A stretch of 64,000 nt of DNA from an uncultured Erysipelotrichaceae bacterium (GTDB lineage: Bacteria > Bacillota_I > Bacilli_A > RF39 > UBA660), in assembly GCA_948442015.1 (NCBI GenBank), contig CAOJRP010000002.1:9841-73840 (forward strand), written 5' to 3'. Below, one piece after another: positions 11,866-20,715 of the stretch. The notes beneath the pieces are model-generated. The model saw only the letters and a list, made by a program, of their open reading frames with translations, was not told the DNA's origin and did not search any database. Position numbers and translations under genes: made by a program. Each line of letters begins with the position of its first letter. Position 1 is the stretch's first letter.

Positions 11866-13024
11866 TAAAGAACAAAATTATATTATAGAAACTTTATTAA
11901 AGTCATATTCTAATTCTAGCCTTATAAATGAAGAATATATAACTAATCTTTTAGAAAAATTAGAAGAAAAAGATTCTTCTCAAACGATATTTACTTGTAA
12001 AAATATAATTAATAATTATTTAGCCAACCAAGCAAAAGTTGATGAGAATATTTTATTTGAGTTAACAATTGATATGGTTTCTGTTAAAGAAAGAATTTGT
12101 CTTAAATTAAAATTAGATGTTAATAATCCAATATATGATGATTATTTAATGGAAGGGATCTTGAGCTATGATGGGAGTAAAAGCCTTGATTTATATTTAA
12201 GTAGTTTCCTAATGCAAAAAATAAAAATAAAATATGTTCCTCTAAAATCTAGTAAAATACTGGAATATAAAGATCATAAAACTAATAAGGATAAAGAGTT
12301 AATAAGTGGCAGTGAACCTGAAAAAATAGTAGAAGTTCCTCCTGTTATTACCTTAGAAGAAAAATCTCCAATTAGAGAAGAAGATTTAAAGATAGAATCA
12401 TCAGCTCTAGAACAAGAACAAGAAGTTTCTTTTTCAAAAGAAGATAAAATAGAGGAAGTAGCTAAAGAAGAGGTAGTTTCTACAAGTCCGCTTACTGTAA
12501 AAGATAGTTCTCTTTCATTAACGAAAAGAAGGTTAAAGAATCAAAGAAGAAGAGAAGCGAAAAAAGAACAACCACAAGCCTTAAATGAAGAGATTTCATT
12601 TGAAGTTCCCATAGAAGAATTAGAAGATTTATTAGTTTTAGATAGTGATGAAACGGAAATAATAGAAGATGTTACAAAAGATTTATGTGAACCTTTAGAG
12701 CAACATGAAGAAATAAATGGTAAAGAATTAGCTGATAGAATTTCTGAGGTTATTAATAATATTCCACCACTGGAAGAAGACAATATAGTGACAAAATTAT
12801 ATAAATTACTTGGTGTAAAAATAAATATAGAAGATAACATTTTTTATTATTACTATACTTGTTTGAGATTTGGAACAAAAGATAAAACTTATTCTTTAGA
12901 AATAATAGCTACAACACTTGGACTGTCCCTCGAAGAAGTTATTGCTTTTGAAGAATATACAATTAATCAAATAAAAGAATTATTAAATACTGTCGATAAA
13001 AATATTTCTTTAACTTTTAATTAG
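11858..13024 (+). CDS. divergent sigma-70-like protein (region-2-like stretch, acidic linker, region-4 HTH)
   Basis: Start overlaps the upstream stop (ATGAATGA). DDYLMEGILSYDGSKSLDLYLSSFLMQKIK resembles sigma region 2. The C-terminus CLRFGTKDKTYSLEIIATTLGLSLEEVIAFEEYTINQIKELL is an r4-type HTH. Confidence 0.6.
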   Translation: MNDKEQNYIIETLLKSYSNSSLINEEYITNLLEKLEEKDSSQTIFTCKNIINNYLANQAKVDENILFELTIDMVSVKERICLKLKLDVNNPIYDDYLMEGILSYDGSKSLDLYLSSFLMQKIKIKYVPLKSSKILEYKDHKTNKDKELISGSEPEKIVEVPPVITLEEKSPIREEDLKIESSALEQEQEVSFSKEDKIEEVAKEEVVSTSPLTVKDSSLSLTKRRLKNQRRREAKKEQPQALNEEISFEVPIEELEDLLVLDSDETEIIEDVTKDLCEPLEQHEEINGKELADRISEVINNIPPLEEDNIVTKLYKLLGVKINIEDNIFYYYYTCLRFGTKDKTYSLEIIATTLGLSLEEVIAFEEYTINQIKELLNTVDKNISLTFN

Positions 13025-13049
13025 GTACTTTAAAAAGTATCTTTTTTTT
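13024..13049 (+). terminator. intrinsic terminator
   Basis: ggtacttt-aa-aaagtatc hairpin (one G.U pair) followed by T8. Confidence 0.6.
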
Positions 13050-13082
13050 GTTATGATTATCTAGGATAAGGTAGGTTTAAAT

Positions 13083-13736
13083 ATGGACAATAATTTAAAT
13101 AATGTCGAATTTATAAATAAAAAAAACAATATGCAAAGAAGTACTATTTCAATAACTGTTTTATTAGGGATTATTTTATTTCTTTTACTAATAATAGGCT
13201 ATTTAATTTATACAAATTTAAAAAAACCTGATGAAATAATTGTTGATAATTGTAAAAATACGACTAATATAGAGGAAAATAAAAGTGAGGAACAAGAAGT
13301 TAAAGAAGAGGAAGAAAAAATTACAATTAATGAAGAAGTATTTAGCGAAATGTTAAAATTACTACCAACTCTTAAAGGAACAGATTATCTTGATTATCAT
13401 CTTTTTCAAAAGAAAATGTTATCGAAAGAAGAGATCTCATCTTTTAATACTAGTTTAGAACCAACAAATTTTAAAGAAGTATTTTATGTGCCATATCAAG
13501 TAGAGATAACTTCTAAGAATACTTTCTTATATCTTTATATTGTGATACATGATAAAGCAACTGATTCCTATTATGAAAGCTCTTTAGATAATGACAATCC
13601 TTTAGAAATTTCCTTATTTGATAAAAGAGATAAAGAGATATTTCAAAAATATGGTGGCAGATACAAAATAACTTACGTCAATGGAGCTTTTGGCTATTTA
13701 TTAGATAAACTCGAATATATAAGTGGAAAGAGGTAG
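13083..13736 (+). CDS. single-pass membrane protein, function unknown
   Basis: 217-aa ORF with one TM segment (ISITVLLGIILFLLLIIGYLIY) after a short N-terminus. Confidence 0.6.
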   Translation: MDNNLNNVEFINKKNNMQRSTISITVLLGIILFLLLIIGYLIYTNLKKPDEIIVDNCKNTTNIEENKSEEQEVKEEEEKITINEEVFSEMLKLLPTLKGTDYLDYHLFQKKMLSKEEISSFNTSLEPTNFKEVFYVPYQVEITSKNTFLYLYIVIHDKATDSYYESSLDNDNPLEISLFDKRDKEIFQKYGGRYKITYVNGAFGYLLDKLEYISGKR

Positions 13737-13740
13737 AAAA

Positions 13741-14787
13741 GTGCGATATTTTAAATTTAAAGGTGTTAATGGGGAAGATAGAATAATAAGAGAACAAGAT
13801 TCTTTAACTGATACTTTTATTAGTGGTAGATGGATGAGAGAGCCAAGTTTAATTGCCAAAATTAATGGGACAGATCACGATGAGACAGTAATGGAAATAA
13901 GTGAGAAAGAAGCTATGACTATTATAGGAGTTCCACAAACAAGTAAAACAAGGGGACTTATAACTTATATTGTGCCAGTTATTTTAGTTATCTTATTGGT
14001 AATTGTTGGGAGTATGGCAATAAAAAGATTCAAAGATAATAGTAAAGAGAAAAATGCTATTTATGAGAAATCTTTAAATGAAAGAATAAATGAAGTAATT
14101 AATGTCAAAGATAGTGAAGAAGATATAACAAAAGATACTTCGGAAGATTTAAAAAAAGATTTATATAATTTGATACCTTTTTCAGCAAGTTCACTAAAAA
14201 ATGCTTATCAAAGTGATAGTACAAATATAAATATGATTGATTCTGTAAATCTTTATGCGACAGCTATTACTCATTGCAATATCAAAAATGATTGTTTAGT
14301 AAGTGGCGAAGGAAGTTATAGTATTGAAGATATAAAAACAGCTATATCTCATATTTTTAATGGCTATAGTGGTTATAATGTTTTAAGCATTCCAGAATCT
14401 TTTGTATCACTAGATAATAAGTTAAAATGTGATTTAGAAGAAAATAAAACTAGTTATTATTGCCATAAAAATGCTAGTTTAGAAAACACTTATCGTGATT
14501 ATGATATTGTAAAAATAACTAAAGAAGCTGATGATATCATTCTTTATGAGTCAAGTGTTTTAGTTTATAAAGAATATGAATTTGAAAATGTTAACTATTA
14601 CACTGTTTATCGTTATAGTAATGCGACAGGGCCTATCTTAAGTTGTAATATTGAAAATCCTTGTGAAAAACTTAAAAATCCTTATGCAACTTATGGAAAA
14701 AGTTCGATTATTTATAAACATAGCTTCAAAAAAGATGCAAGTGGTAACTATTATTGGTATAACACAGAAGTAAATGGGGTATTATAG
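13741..14787 (+). CDS. single-pass membrane protein with a Cys-containing extracytoplasmic domain, function unknown
   Basis: Long ORF. GTG 13741 sits behind GGAAAGAGG (the listed start 13723 is also possible). TM segment LITYIVPVILVILLVIVGSMAI. Confidence 0.6.
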   Translation: MRYFKFKGVNGEDRIIREQDSLTDTFISGRWMREPSLIAKINGTDHDETVMEISEKEAMTIIGVPQTSKTRGLITYIVPVILVILLVIVGSMAIKRFKDNSKEKNAIYEKSLNERINEVINVKDSEEDITKDTSEDLKKDLYNLIPFSASSLKNAYQSDSTNINMIDSVNLYATAITHCNIKNDCLVSGEGSYSIEDIKTAISHIFNGYSGYNVLSIPESFVSLDNKLKCDLEENKTSYYCHKNASLENTYRDYDIVKITKEADDIILYESSVLVYKEYEFENVNYYTVYRYSNATGPILSCNIENPCEKLKNPYATYGKSSIIYKHSFKKDASGNYYWYNTEVNGVL

Positions 14788-14875
14788 TAAAAAATTACTA
14801 TGTACATTAAATGTTAAAAATGTTATAATCTTAAATACTTGATATATTTTTGAAAAAGAGTGAGGGGGAGTTTAA

Positions 14876-15562
14876 ATGGATCATAACGATGTTCTAAAAA
14901 ACTCTAATGCAATAGGGATTCCATTCTCGATAAATGAAAAAAAGAGGTTTTATTTTTTCATTAAAAGAATATTTGATATTATAGTAGGAATAATTGGTAG
15001 TGTCTTAATTCTTCCTTTAGCTATCATTATAAAAATAGCTTATTTATGTCATAAAGATTATGCCCCAATTATTTTTCGTCAAGAACGGATTGGTCAAAAT
15101 GGTAAAATAATTAAAATATATAAATTTCGTTCGATGGTACCTAATGCTGAAAAAGTATTGGAAGATTTAATGAAAAATGATCCAAAAATAAGAAAAGAAT
15201 ATTTAAATAATAAAAAATTAGAACATGATCCAAGGTTAACTAAAGTTGGTGAGGTAATTAGAAGAACTTCAATCGATGAATTTCCCCAATTTTTCAATGT
15301 CTTAAAAGGAGAGATGTCTTTAATTGGACCAAGACCTTATCTTTTACGTGAAAAAGATGATATGGAAATGTACTATAATGAAATAGTAGCTTGTCGCCCT
15401 GGTATTACAGGTTTATGGCAAGTAAGTGGAAGAAGTGATTTATCTTTTAACTATCGCCTTAAATTAGATCGTATTTATTACTTACAAAGGACACTTAGAT
15501 TTGATTTGATAATTGCTTATAAAACTTTTGGGGCAGTATTTAAGAAAAATGGAGCTAAATAA
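14876..15562 (+). CDS. undecaprenyl-phosphate sugar phosphotransferase (small monotopic PglC/EpsL/WbaP C-terminal type)
   Basis: RIFDIIVG...YKFRSM...DPRLTKVGEVIRRTSIDEFPQFFNVLKGEMSLIGPRP is the bacterial sugar transferase signature. Confidence 0.9.
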   Translation: MDHNDVLKNSNAIGIPFSINEKKRFYFFIKRIFDIIVGIIGSVLILPLAIIIKIAYLCHKDYAPIIFRQERIGQNGKIIKIYKFRSMVPNAEKVLEDLMKNDPKIRKEYLNNKKLEHDPRLTKVGEVIRRTSIDEFPQFFNVLKGEMSLIGPRPYLLREKDDMEMYYNEIVACRPGITGLWQVSGRSDLSFNYRLKLDRIYYLQRTLRFDLIIAYKTFGAVFKKNGAK

Positions 15563-15563
15563 A

Positions 15564-17018
15564 ATGAAAAAGAAAGAGAAAAAAAATTTTGATGTCATTA
15601 AATTTGCTAATATATTTAGTAAAATTTTATTTGGAGTAGTAACAATCTTTTTATTGTTGTTTCTTATAATGGTTATTTTTACTAATATCTTACCATTTAA
15701 ATATCTAATAGTTTTAATTATATTTTCTATACTTATTGAAGTGGTTTTTGCTTATTTCTTAATAAAGAAAGACACTCTTTGGTTTAAAATTACAATATCT
15801 TTTTTGGCTATTTTAATGTGTTTTTTAACTAGTATTGGAACAATATATTTAAATAATACATATAATTTTTTTAAAAATATAGTTTCTTCAGAATATGAAG
15901 GAATCAATTATAATGTTGTTGTATTAAACGATAGTAAATATTCGAATATTAAAAGTTTAAATAATGAAGTTTTAGGATTTTTAGACGAAAATAGTAATGA
16001 TGTCAAAAAAGCTTTAGAAAAAGAACTTTCTTTTCAAAATAAAATTTATGATAATGTTGGCGAATTAAAAAAAGAATTAATTGCTGAAACTATTACTGCA
16101 ATTGTTATTGATGATTCAATGTTAACAATATTAAAAGAAGAAGATGAAACTTTTGAGAAAATGATTAAAGTCATTTATAATTTTTCTGTGGAAACTAAAG
16201 TTAGCAATAATCCTACTTCTAATATAACTATTTCTAAAGATTCGTTTGCTCTTTATATTAGTGGAATTGATCAGTGGGGAAGTGTTAGTACAGTAAGAGG
16301 TAGAAGTGATGTTAATATTGTTGCAATAGTTAATCCAAAAATACATAAAGTACTACTGATTAATACACCAAGAGATTATTATGTACAGTTACATGGTAAA
16401 ACAGGGTTAAAAGATAAATTAACTCATGCTGGGGTTTATGGTATTGATATGAGTTTAAATACCTTAGAAGATTTATATGATATTAATATTGATTATTATT
16501 TAAGAGTTAATTTTGATACATTAGTAAAATTAGTTGATGTTATAGGTGGTATTGAAGTTTATAGTGACACAACATTTAATTCATCTCATAATAAAGGATG
16601 GCAAATTAAAGAAGGTATAAATAAGATGGATGGAAAACAAGCCTTAGCTTATTCAAGGGAAAGATATGCTTATAAAGAAGGTGATCGACATCGTGGTAAA
16701 AACCAACAAGATGTTATTACAGCCATTATTAAAAAAGCTTCGTCAAGCAAAGTTATTCTTACTAAATATAATTCTATTTTAGATACTTTAGAAGGATCTT
16801 TTCAAACTAATATAAGTACAGATATGATTACAGGATTTATTAAAGAGCAAATTGATAAAATGCCAAAATGGGAAGTGGAACAGATTGCTGTATCAGGAAG
16901 TGATGCTCATGAATATACTTATTCTTATGGTACTAATCAAAAATTATATGTAATGATCCCTTTCGAAAAAGATATCGAAAATGCAAAGAAAAGAATTGAT
17001 GATGTTTATGAAAAATAA
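15564..17018 (+). CDS. LytR-CpsA-Psr (LCP) family glycopolymer ligase
   Basis: N-terminal TM segments, then SGIDQWGSVSTVRGRSDVNIVAIVNP...LINTPRDYYV...GKQALAYSRERY. ATG 15564 (GGAG 10 nt upstream) starts just after the upstream stop. Confidence 0.88.
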   Translation: MKKKEKKNFDVIKFANIFSKILFGVVTIFLLLFLIMVIFTNILPFKYLIVLIIFSILIEVVFAYFLIKKDTLWFKITISFLAILMCFLTSIGTIYLNNTYNFFKNIVSSEYEGINYNVVVLNDSKYSNIKSLNNEVLGFLDENSNDVKKALEKELSFQNKIYDNVGELKKELIAETITAIVIDDSMLTILKEEDETFEKMIKVIYNFSVETKVSNNPTSNITISKDSFALYISGIDQWGSVSTVRGRSDVNIVAIVNPKIHKVLLINTPRDYYVQLHGKTGLKDKLTHAGVYGIDMSLNTLEDLYDINIDYYLRVNFDTLVKLVDVIGGIEVYSDTTFNSSHNKGWQIKEGINKMDGKQALAYSRERYAYKEGDRHRGKNQQDVITAIIKKASSSKVILTKYNSILDTLEGSFQTNISTDMITGFIKEQIDKMPKWEVEQIAVSGSDAHEYTYSYGTNQKLYVMIPFEKDIENAKKRIDDVYEK

Positions 17019-17451
17019 GAAAAAATATTTTTTGTATCTATTGCTTGTTATTTGGTTAGGCATTATTTTCTTTTTTTCTAGTCAATCTGGAGAAGTGTCT
17101 TTAAAGCAAAGTGATACAATTATTTATAAGATAACTGATATAGTAAGTAAAAAAGATGTGGAGACAAAAAAGCATCTTTCAATAAAATGGACATTCTTAG
17201 TAAGAAAAACAGCTCATTTTTTAGAGTATTTTGTTTTAGGATTAATTATTTATTTAGTCCTCGATATAAGAGGAATAAAGTATTTGCAAATAACAGCAAT
17301 TATATTAGCAATTCTCTTTGCTTCCTTAGATGAAATACATCAGTTGTTTGTTGTTGGTAGAACAGCTAAAGTATTTGATGTTTTTATTGATTCTGTAGGA
17401 GCGACTATTGCTATATTTGGAGCAAATTTTATTAAAAGAAAAAGTAAATAA
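17008..17451 (+). CDS. VanZ family membrane protein
   Basis: RKTAHFLEYFVLGLIIY...SLDEIHQLFVVGRTAKVFDVFIDSVGA is the VanZ signature. The start is uncertain (16981-17008). Confidence 0.8.
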   Translation: MKNKKKYFLYLLLVIWLGIIFFFSSQSGEVSLKQSDTIIYKITDIVSKKDVETKKHLSIKWTFLVRKTAHFLEYFVLGLIIYLVLDIRGIKYLQITAIILAILFASLDEIHQLFVVGRTAKVFDVFIDSVGATIAIFGANFIKRKSK

Positions 17452-17489
17452 GCATATATTATCTTAGGTGATATAATGCTTATTTTTTT
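17451..17489 (+). terminator. intrinsic terminator after vanZ
   Basis: agcatatat...atat(a)atgct hairpin followed by tattttttt. Confidence 0.45.
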
Positions 17490-17562
17490 ATTACTAATTT
17501 TATTATTTTTAATCTTTTTAATGTGGTGTAGTTGTAAAGTATCTAGTTATTTTGATGATTAA
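17476..17562 (+). CDS. possible 28-aa hydrophobic peptide (MLIFLLLILLFLIFLMWCSCKVSSYFDD), or the N-terminal TM remnant of a decayed gene
   Basis: ATG lies 4 nt after AGGTGA. Not in the ORF track (too short). No conservation evidence. Confidence 0.25.
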   Translation: MLIFLLLILLFLIFLMWCSCKVSSYFDD

Positions 17563-17752
17563 TGTAATAGTTCAAACTATAATATTCAAATTTTCCGTAA
17601 ATAATATTTCGTTATTAAATAGTTCTGCAAGAAACTCTACTAATGAGGATGGTGAACCAGGTATACCTCTTTATACATCAGTAGAAGTTGGACGACCTGT
17701 AAGACCTATATTAACTTTGAAAAAAGATATAAAACTAACAAGCAGAGATTAA
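17552..17752 (+). pseudogene. remnant of a C-terminal domain paralogous to the C-terminus of the 22892..24175 protein
   Basis: NSSARNSTNEDGEPGIPLYTSVEVGRPVRPILTLKKDIKL parallels LASRNFNSST...APLYSYNG...AYSIRPVLTLRSSLE. There is no credible N-terminal domain, start or RBS. Confidence 0.4.
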
Positions 17753-17895
17753 AAGAGTTAGAAAAGGAAAAGAAAGTTAAAATAAAAAATAAGAAGTAAT
17801 TTTGAATAGAGTTAATCTAAGTAGATAATGCCTTACTTTCTCCTTGTCAAAGTATTCTTAAAATGCTAAGATATTAAACGATTGGAGAGGTAAAA

Positions 17896-18366
17896 ATGAA
17901 TGAAACAGAATTTATGTATGCAATATATGATGTGCTTGGAACATTAAAAGTGGGTATTTTAGAATTAACATTGGAAAATTCAAATGAAGCAGATACACTA
18001 GAAAATATAAGAAAGAAACTTAAAAGTAATATAATTAAATTAAATCCATTAGAACTAGAAAAAATGGTTACTTATTTTGATAAAATGTCTAAAAATTTAA
18101 AATCTATTGTAAATAGTTATGGAGAACTTGGGATAAAAATAACAAAGGAAGATGAAGTGACAAATGAATTTAATGAATTTCAATTACTTGTGAGTTTTAT
18201 AATAAATACCTATATGCCAAATTTAACTCCAGATTTTAAAATTATTAATGCTGCAATAAAGACTATTAATATTGCTATAGAAGAGATAGCATTATTATTG
18301 CCACCAGTACTTGATAGTGCTGATGGAGTAGTACTTCGGAAGGTTACTAATGAATTATCCGAATAG
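17896..18366 (+). CDS. hypothetical cytoplasmic protein
   Basis: 156-aa ORF with RBS GGAGAGG and promoter-like TTGTCA-17-TAAGAT upstream. Confidence 0.6.
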   Translation: MNETEFMYAIYDVLGTLKVGILELTLENSNEADTLENIRKKLKSNIIKLNPLELEKMVTYFDKMSKNLKSIVNSYGELGIKITKEDEVTNEFNEFQLLVSFIINTYMPNLTPDFKIINAAIKTINIAIEEIALLLPPVLDSADGVVLRKVTNELSE

Positions 18367-18388
18367 TTAGGATTTTTTGACATAAAAT

Positions 18389-18417
18389 TTGACAGAGCCA
18401 TAAATTTTTAGTATAAT
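18389..18417 (+). promoter_or_regulatory. sigma-A promoter of the rplU operon
   Basis: TTGACA (18389-18394), 17-nt spacer, TATAAT (18412-18417). Confidence 0.75.
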
Positions 18418-18423
18418 TTTAAA

Positions 18424-18510
18424 TGTTTTGAAGGCGATTCATCAAAACCGCACTGAAAAGGTTATAAGTTTTTTCTAAAACACCTTAAAGGCGTGACTTA
18501 AAATTATAAG
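18424..18510 (+). promoter_or_regulatory. L21-leader-like structured 5' UTR
   Basis: About 95-nt leader between the promoter and rplU, with a gttttga...tcaaaac hairpin. Firmicutes carry a ribosomal-protein leader at this position. Confidence 0.45.
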
Positions 18511-18521
18511 GAGGTAGAAAG

Positions 18522-18824
18522 ATGAAAGCTATATTTGTTACTGGTGGTAAACAATACTATGTTTCTGAAGGTGATGTAATTTACGTTGAAAAACTAGATG
18601 CTGAAGCAGGAAAAGACGTTACTTTTGATGAAGTGTTATTTGTTGATGGTAAAGTTGGTACTCCAACTGTTGCTGGTGCAAAAGTTATTTGTACAGTAGA
18701 AAAACACGGAAAACAAAAGAAGATTATTGTGTTTAAGTATAAACCTAAGAAGAAATATCGTAAAACACAAGGTCATAGACAACCATATACGAAGTTAGTT
18801 GTTAAAAAGATTGAAACTAAATAA
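18522..18824 (+). CDS. rplU: 50S ribosomal protein L21
   Basis: [25 protein letters not shown]...GHRQPYTKL. Confidence 0.96.
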   Translation: MKAIFVTGGKQYYVSEGDVIYVEKLDAEAGKDVTFDEVLFVDGKVGTPTVAGAKVICTVEKHGKQKKIIVFKYKPKKKYRKTQGHRQPYTKLVVKKIETK

Positions 18825-19138
18825 TGATTAAGGTTAAAATAGAAATTAAAAATAATAGTTTAAAAAAAATAATTATTAGTGGTCATGCTAATTATTCAGA
18901 TTATGGTAAAGATATTGTTTGTGCATCATGTAGTTCTATATTGGTTACAACAGTAAATGCGATTGTAGAAATAGATGAAAGTGCAATCGAATACTTAGAT
19001 AATGGAAATACTGTGACAATTAATATTTTAAAAGATAACGACATTGTAAATAAACTATTAAATAATATGTTAAGTCTTTTTAAAGAGTTAACTAAAGATT
19101 ATAAAGATTATATAAAAATAATTAAGGAGGAAAGCTAA
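18824..19138 (+). CDS. prp: ribosomal-processing cysteine protease Prp (YsxB family)
   Basis: Lies between rplU and rpmA. Contains [21 protein letters not shown] (His/Cys dyad). Confidence 0.88.
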   Translation: MIKVKIEIKNNSLKKIIISGHANYSDYGKDIVCASCSSILVTTVNAIVEIDESAIEYLDNGNTVTINILKDNDIVNKLLNNMLSLFKELTKDYKDYIKIIKEES

Positions 19139-19140
19139 TT

Positions 19141-19428
19141 ATGTTAAGAATTGTTTTAAATATTCAAAGATTTGCCCATGTTAAAGCTCAAGGTTCTACT
19201 CATAATGGAAGAGATAGTGCTGGTCGTAGATTAGGTGCGAAAGCTGCTGATGGACAAACTATAAATGCTGGCTCAATTATCTATCGTCAAAGAGGGACTA
19301 AAATTTATCCTGGATTAAACGTTGGAATGGGTAAAGACCATACTTTATATGCAACAGTAACTGGTGTTGTTAGATACGAAAGAAAAGGTCGAGATAAAAA
19401 ACAAGTTAGTGTTTATGAAGTTAAATAA
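19141..19428 (+). CDS. rpmA: 50S ribosomal protein L27 with a Prp-cleaved N-terminal extension
   Basis: [34 protein letters not shown]...[12 protein letters not shown]. Confidence 0.96.
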   Translation: MLRIVLNIQRFAHVKAQGSTHNGRDSAGRRLGAKAADGQTINAGSIIYRQRGTKIYPGLNVGMGKDHTLYATVTGVVRYERKGRDKKQVSVYEVK

Positions 19429-19454
19429 TATCATCATTGATGGTATTTTTTTTA
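19428..19454 (+). terminator. intrinsic terminator after rpmA
   Basis: atatcatc-att-gatggtat hairpin followed by T8. Confidence 0.6.
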
Positions 19455-19498
19455 TATAATAGGAAAGTCATAAAAAAATATTTTTTACAAAATTTTGT

Positions 19499-19527
19499 TT
19501 GACGAACATATATTTCCTTGTTATAAT
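19499..19527 (+). promoter_or_regulatory. sigma-A promoter in front of tnpB
   Basis: TTGACG (19499-19504), 17-nt spacer, TATAAT (19522-19527). Confidence 0.65.
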
Positions 19528-19554
19528 GAATTTAGATTACAGGGGATGATGTAA

Positions 19555-20715
19555 ATGCTAAGAAATAGAGCTTATAAATTTAGATTATATCCAACTAAAG
19601 AGCAAAGTATCTTAATAAATAAAACTTTCGGATGTACAAGACTTATTTATAATATGAGTCTTGCTAAAAAGAAAAATAATAGTGAGTTATCTTGTTATGA
19701 TTTGATAAAAGAAATACCAAAGTTTTATCTAAAATACCCTTTTTTGAAAGAAGTAGATAGTTGTACTTTAAGATGTGCAATATTTAATTTAGATAATGCT
19801 TATAAAAGATATTATAAGAGATTAGGAGAATATCCTAATTTCAAGAAAAAAGAAAGTAAAGATAGTTATAGAACAAATAATATAACAAGTACATATAAAG
19901 GTAAAAAATATGAGAGTATAAAAATAGATTTAGAAAATAAAGTAATAACTCTTCCAAAATTAAAAGAAGTAAAAATAAGAGGATATCGAAACTTAAATAA
20001 GATAAATGGAAGAATAATAAATGCAACAGTTGAGAGAATAGGATATAGATATTATGTATCAGTAGTCGTAGAAGAAGCTGTAACATTACCAGATAAAAAA
20101 GAAGATAAAATAGTAGGAATAGATATCGGAGTAAAAGATTTAGTAGTAACAAGTGATGGAAATACTTATGGGAATCCTAGATATAATGAGAAATATGAAA
20201 AAAGAATAAAGAAGTTACAGAAAGATTTAACGAGAAAAGTAAAAGGAAGTAAGAATTACATAAAGAATAAAATAAAAATCCAAGAAGTATATCGAAAATT
20301 AGCTAATGCAAGAAAAAAGATGACAGAAGAAATAGTTAATAAAATAACCAAATATAACGATATAATAATAACAGAAAAATTAAGAGTAAAAGAAATGCTT
20401 ATAAAGAAAGAAAAAATATCTCAGACTAAAACCTTAAGAAAAAATATAACAAATGCTACATTTGGACAAATAATAAGAAAACTAGAAGAGAAATGTAAGA
20501 TGTTAAATAAAAGTTTTGTTCAAGTAGATGAATATTATGCAAGTAGTCAGATATGTAGCAGATGTAATAGTAAGAATAAAGAAATGAAAGATATAAAAAT
20601 AAGAAAGTATAAATGTAGCGAATGTAAATTAGAGATAGATCGAGATGTAAATGCAAGTATAAATATCGAATATGAGGGGTTAATAAAATATTTTAAGAAT
20701 AAATATGCAAATTAG
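19555..20715 (+). CDS. tnpB: RNA-guided endonuclease TnpB (IS605 OrfB family)
   Basis: N-terminus RAYKFRLYPTKEQ. RuvC motifs VGIDIGVKD, IIITEKL and DRDVNASINI. Zinc ribbon CSRCNSKN...YKCSECKLE. Confidence 0.9.
   Translation: MLRNRAYKFRLYPTKEQSILINKTFGCTRLIYNMSLAKKKNNSELSCYDLIKEIPKFYLKYPFLKEVDSCTLRCAIFNLDNAYKRYYKRLGEYPNFKKKESKDSYRTNNITSTYKGKKYESIKIDLENKVITLPKLKEVKIRGYRNLNKINGRIINATVERIGYRYYVSVVVEEAVTLPDKKEDKIVGIDIGVKDLVVTSDGNTYGNPRYNEKYEKRIKKLQKDLTRKVKGSKNYIKNKIKIQEVYRKLANARKKMTEEIVNKITKYNDIIITEKLRVKEMLIKKEKISQTKTLRKNITNATFGQIIRKLEEKCKMLNKSFVQVDEYYASSQICSRCNSKNKEMKDIKIRKYKCSECKLEIDRDVNASINIEYEGLIKYFKNKYAN

Noticed and set aside
9852-12840. Minus-strand ORFs 9852..10115, 11076..11273 and 12541..12840.
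   Set aside because: They are antisense to the strongly supported repeat-protein and sigma-like genes, and their translations are low-complexity.
15094-16346. Minus-strand ORFs 15094..15297 and 16131..16346.
   Set aside because: They lie inside the sugar transferase and LCP genes and have no signals.
18210-18401. 63-aa minus-strand ORF overlapping the end of 17896..18366 and the rplU promoter.
   Set aside because: It overlaps a consensus plus-strand promoter and a plus-strand gene, and has no RBS.
19841-20656. Leu-rich minus-strand ORFs inside tnpB (19841..20152, 20456..20656).
   Set aside because: They are artefacts of the AAA/AGA/GAA-rich tnpB coding strand, which gives TTT/TCT/TTC codons on the reverse strand.
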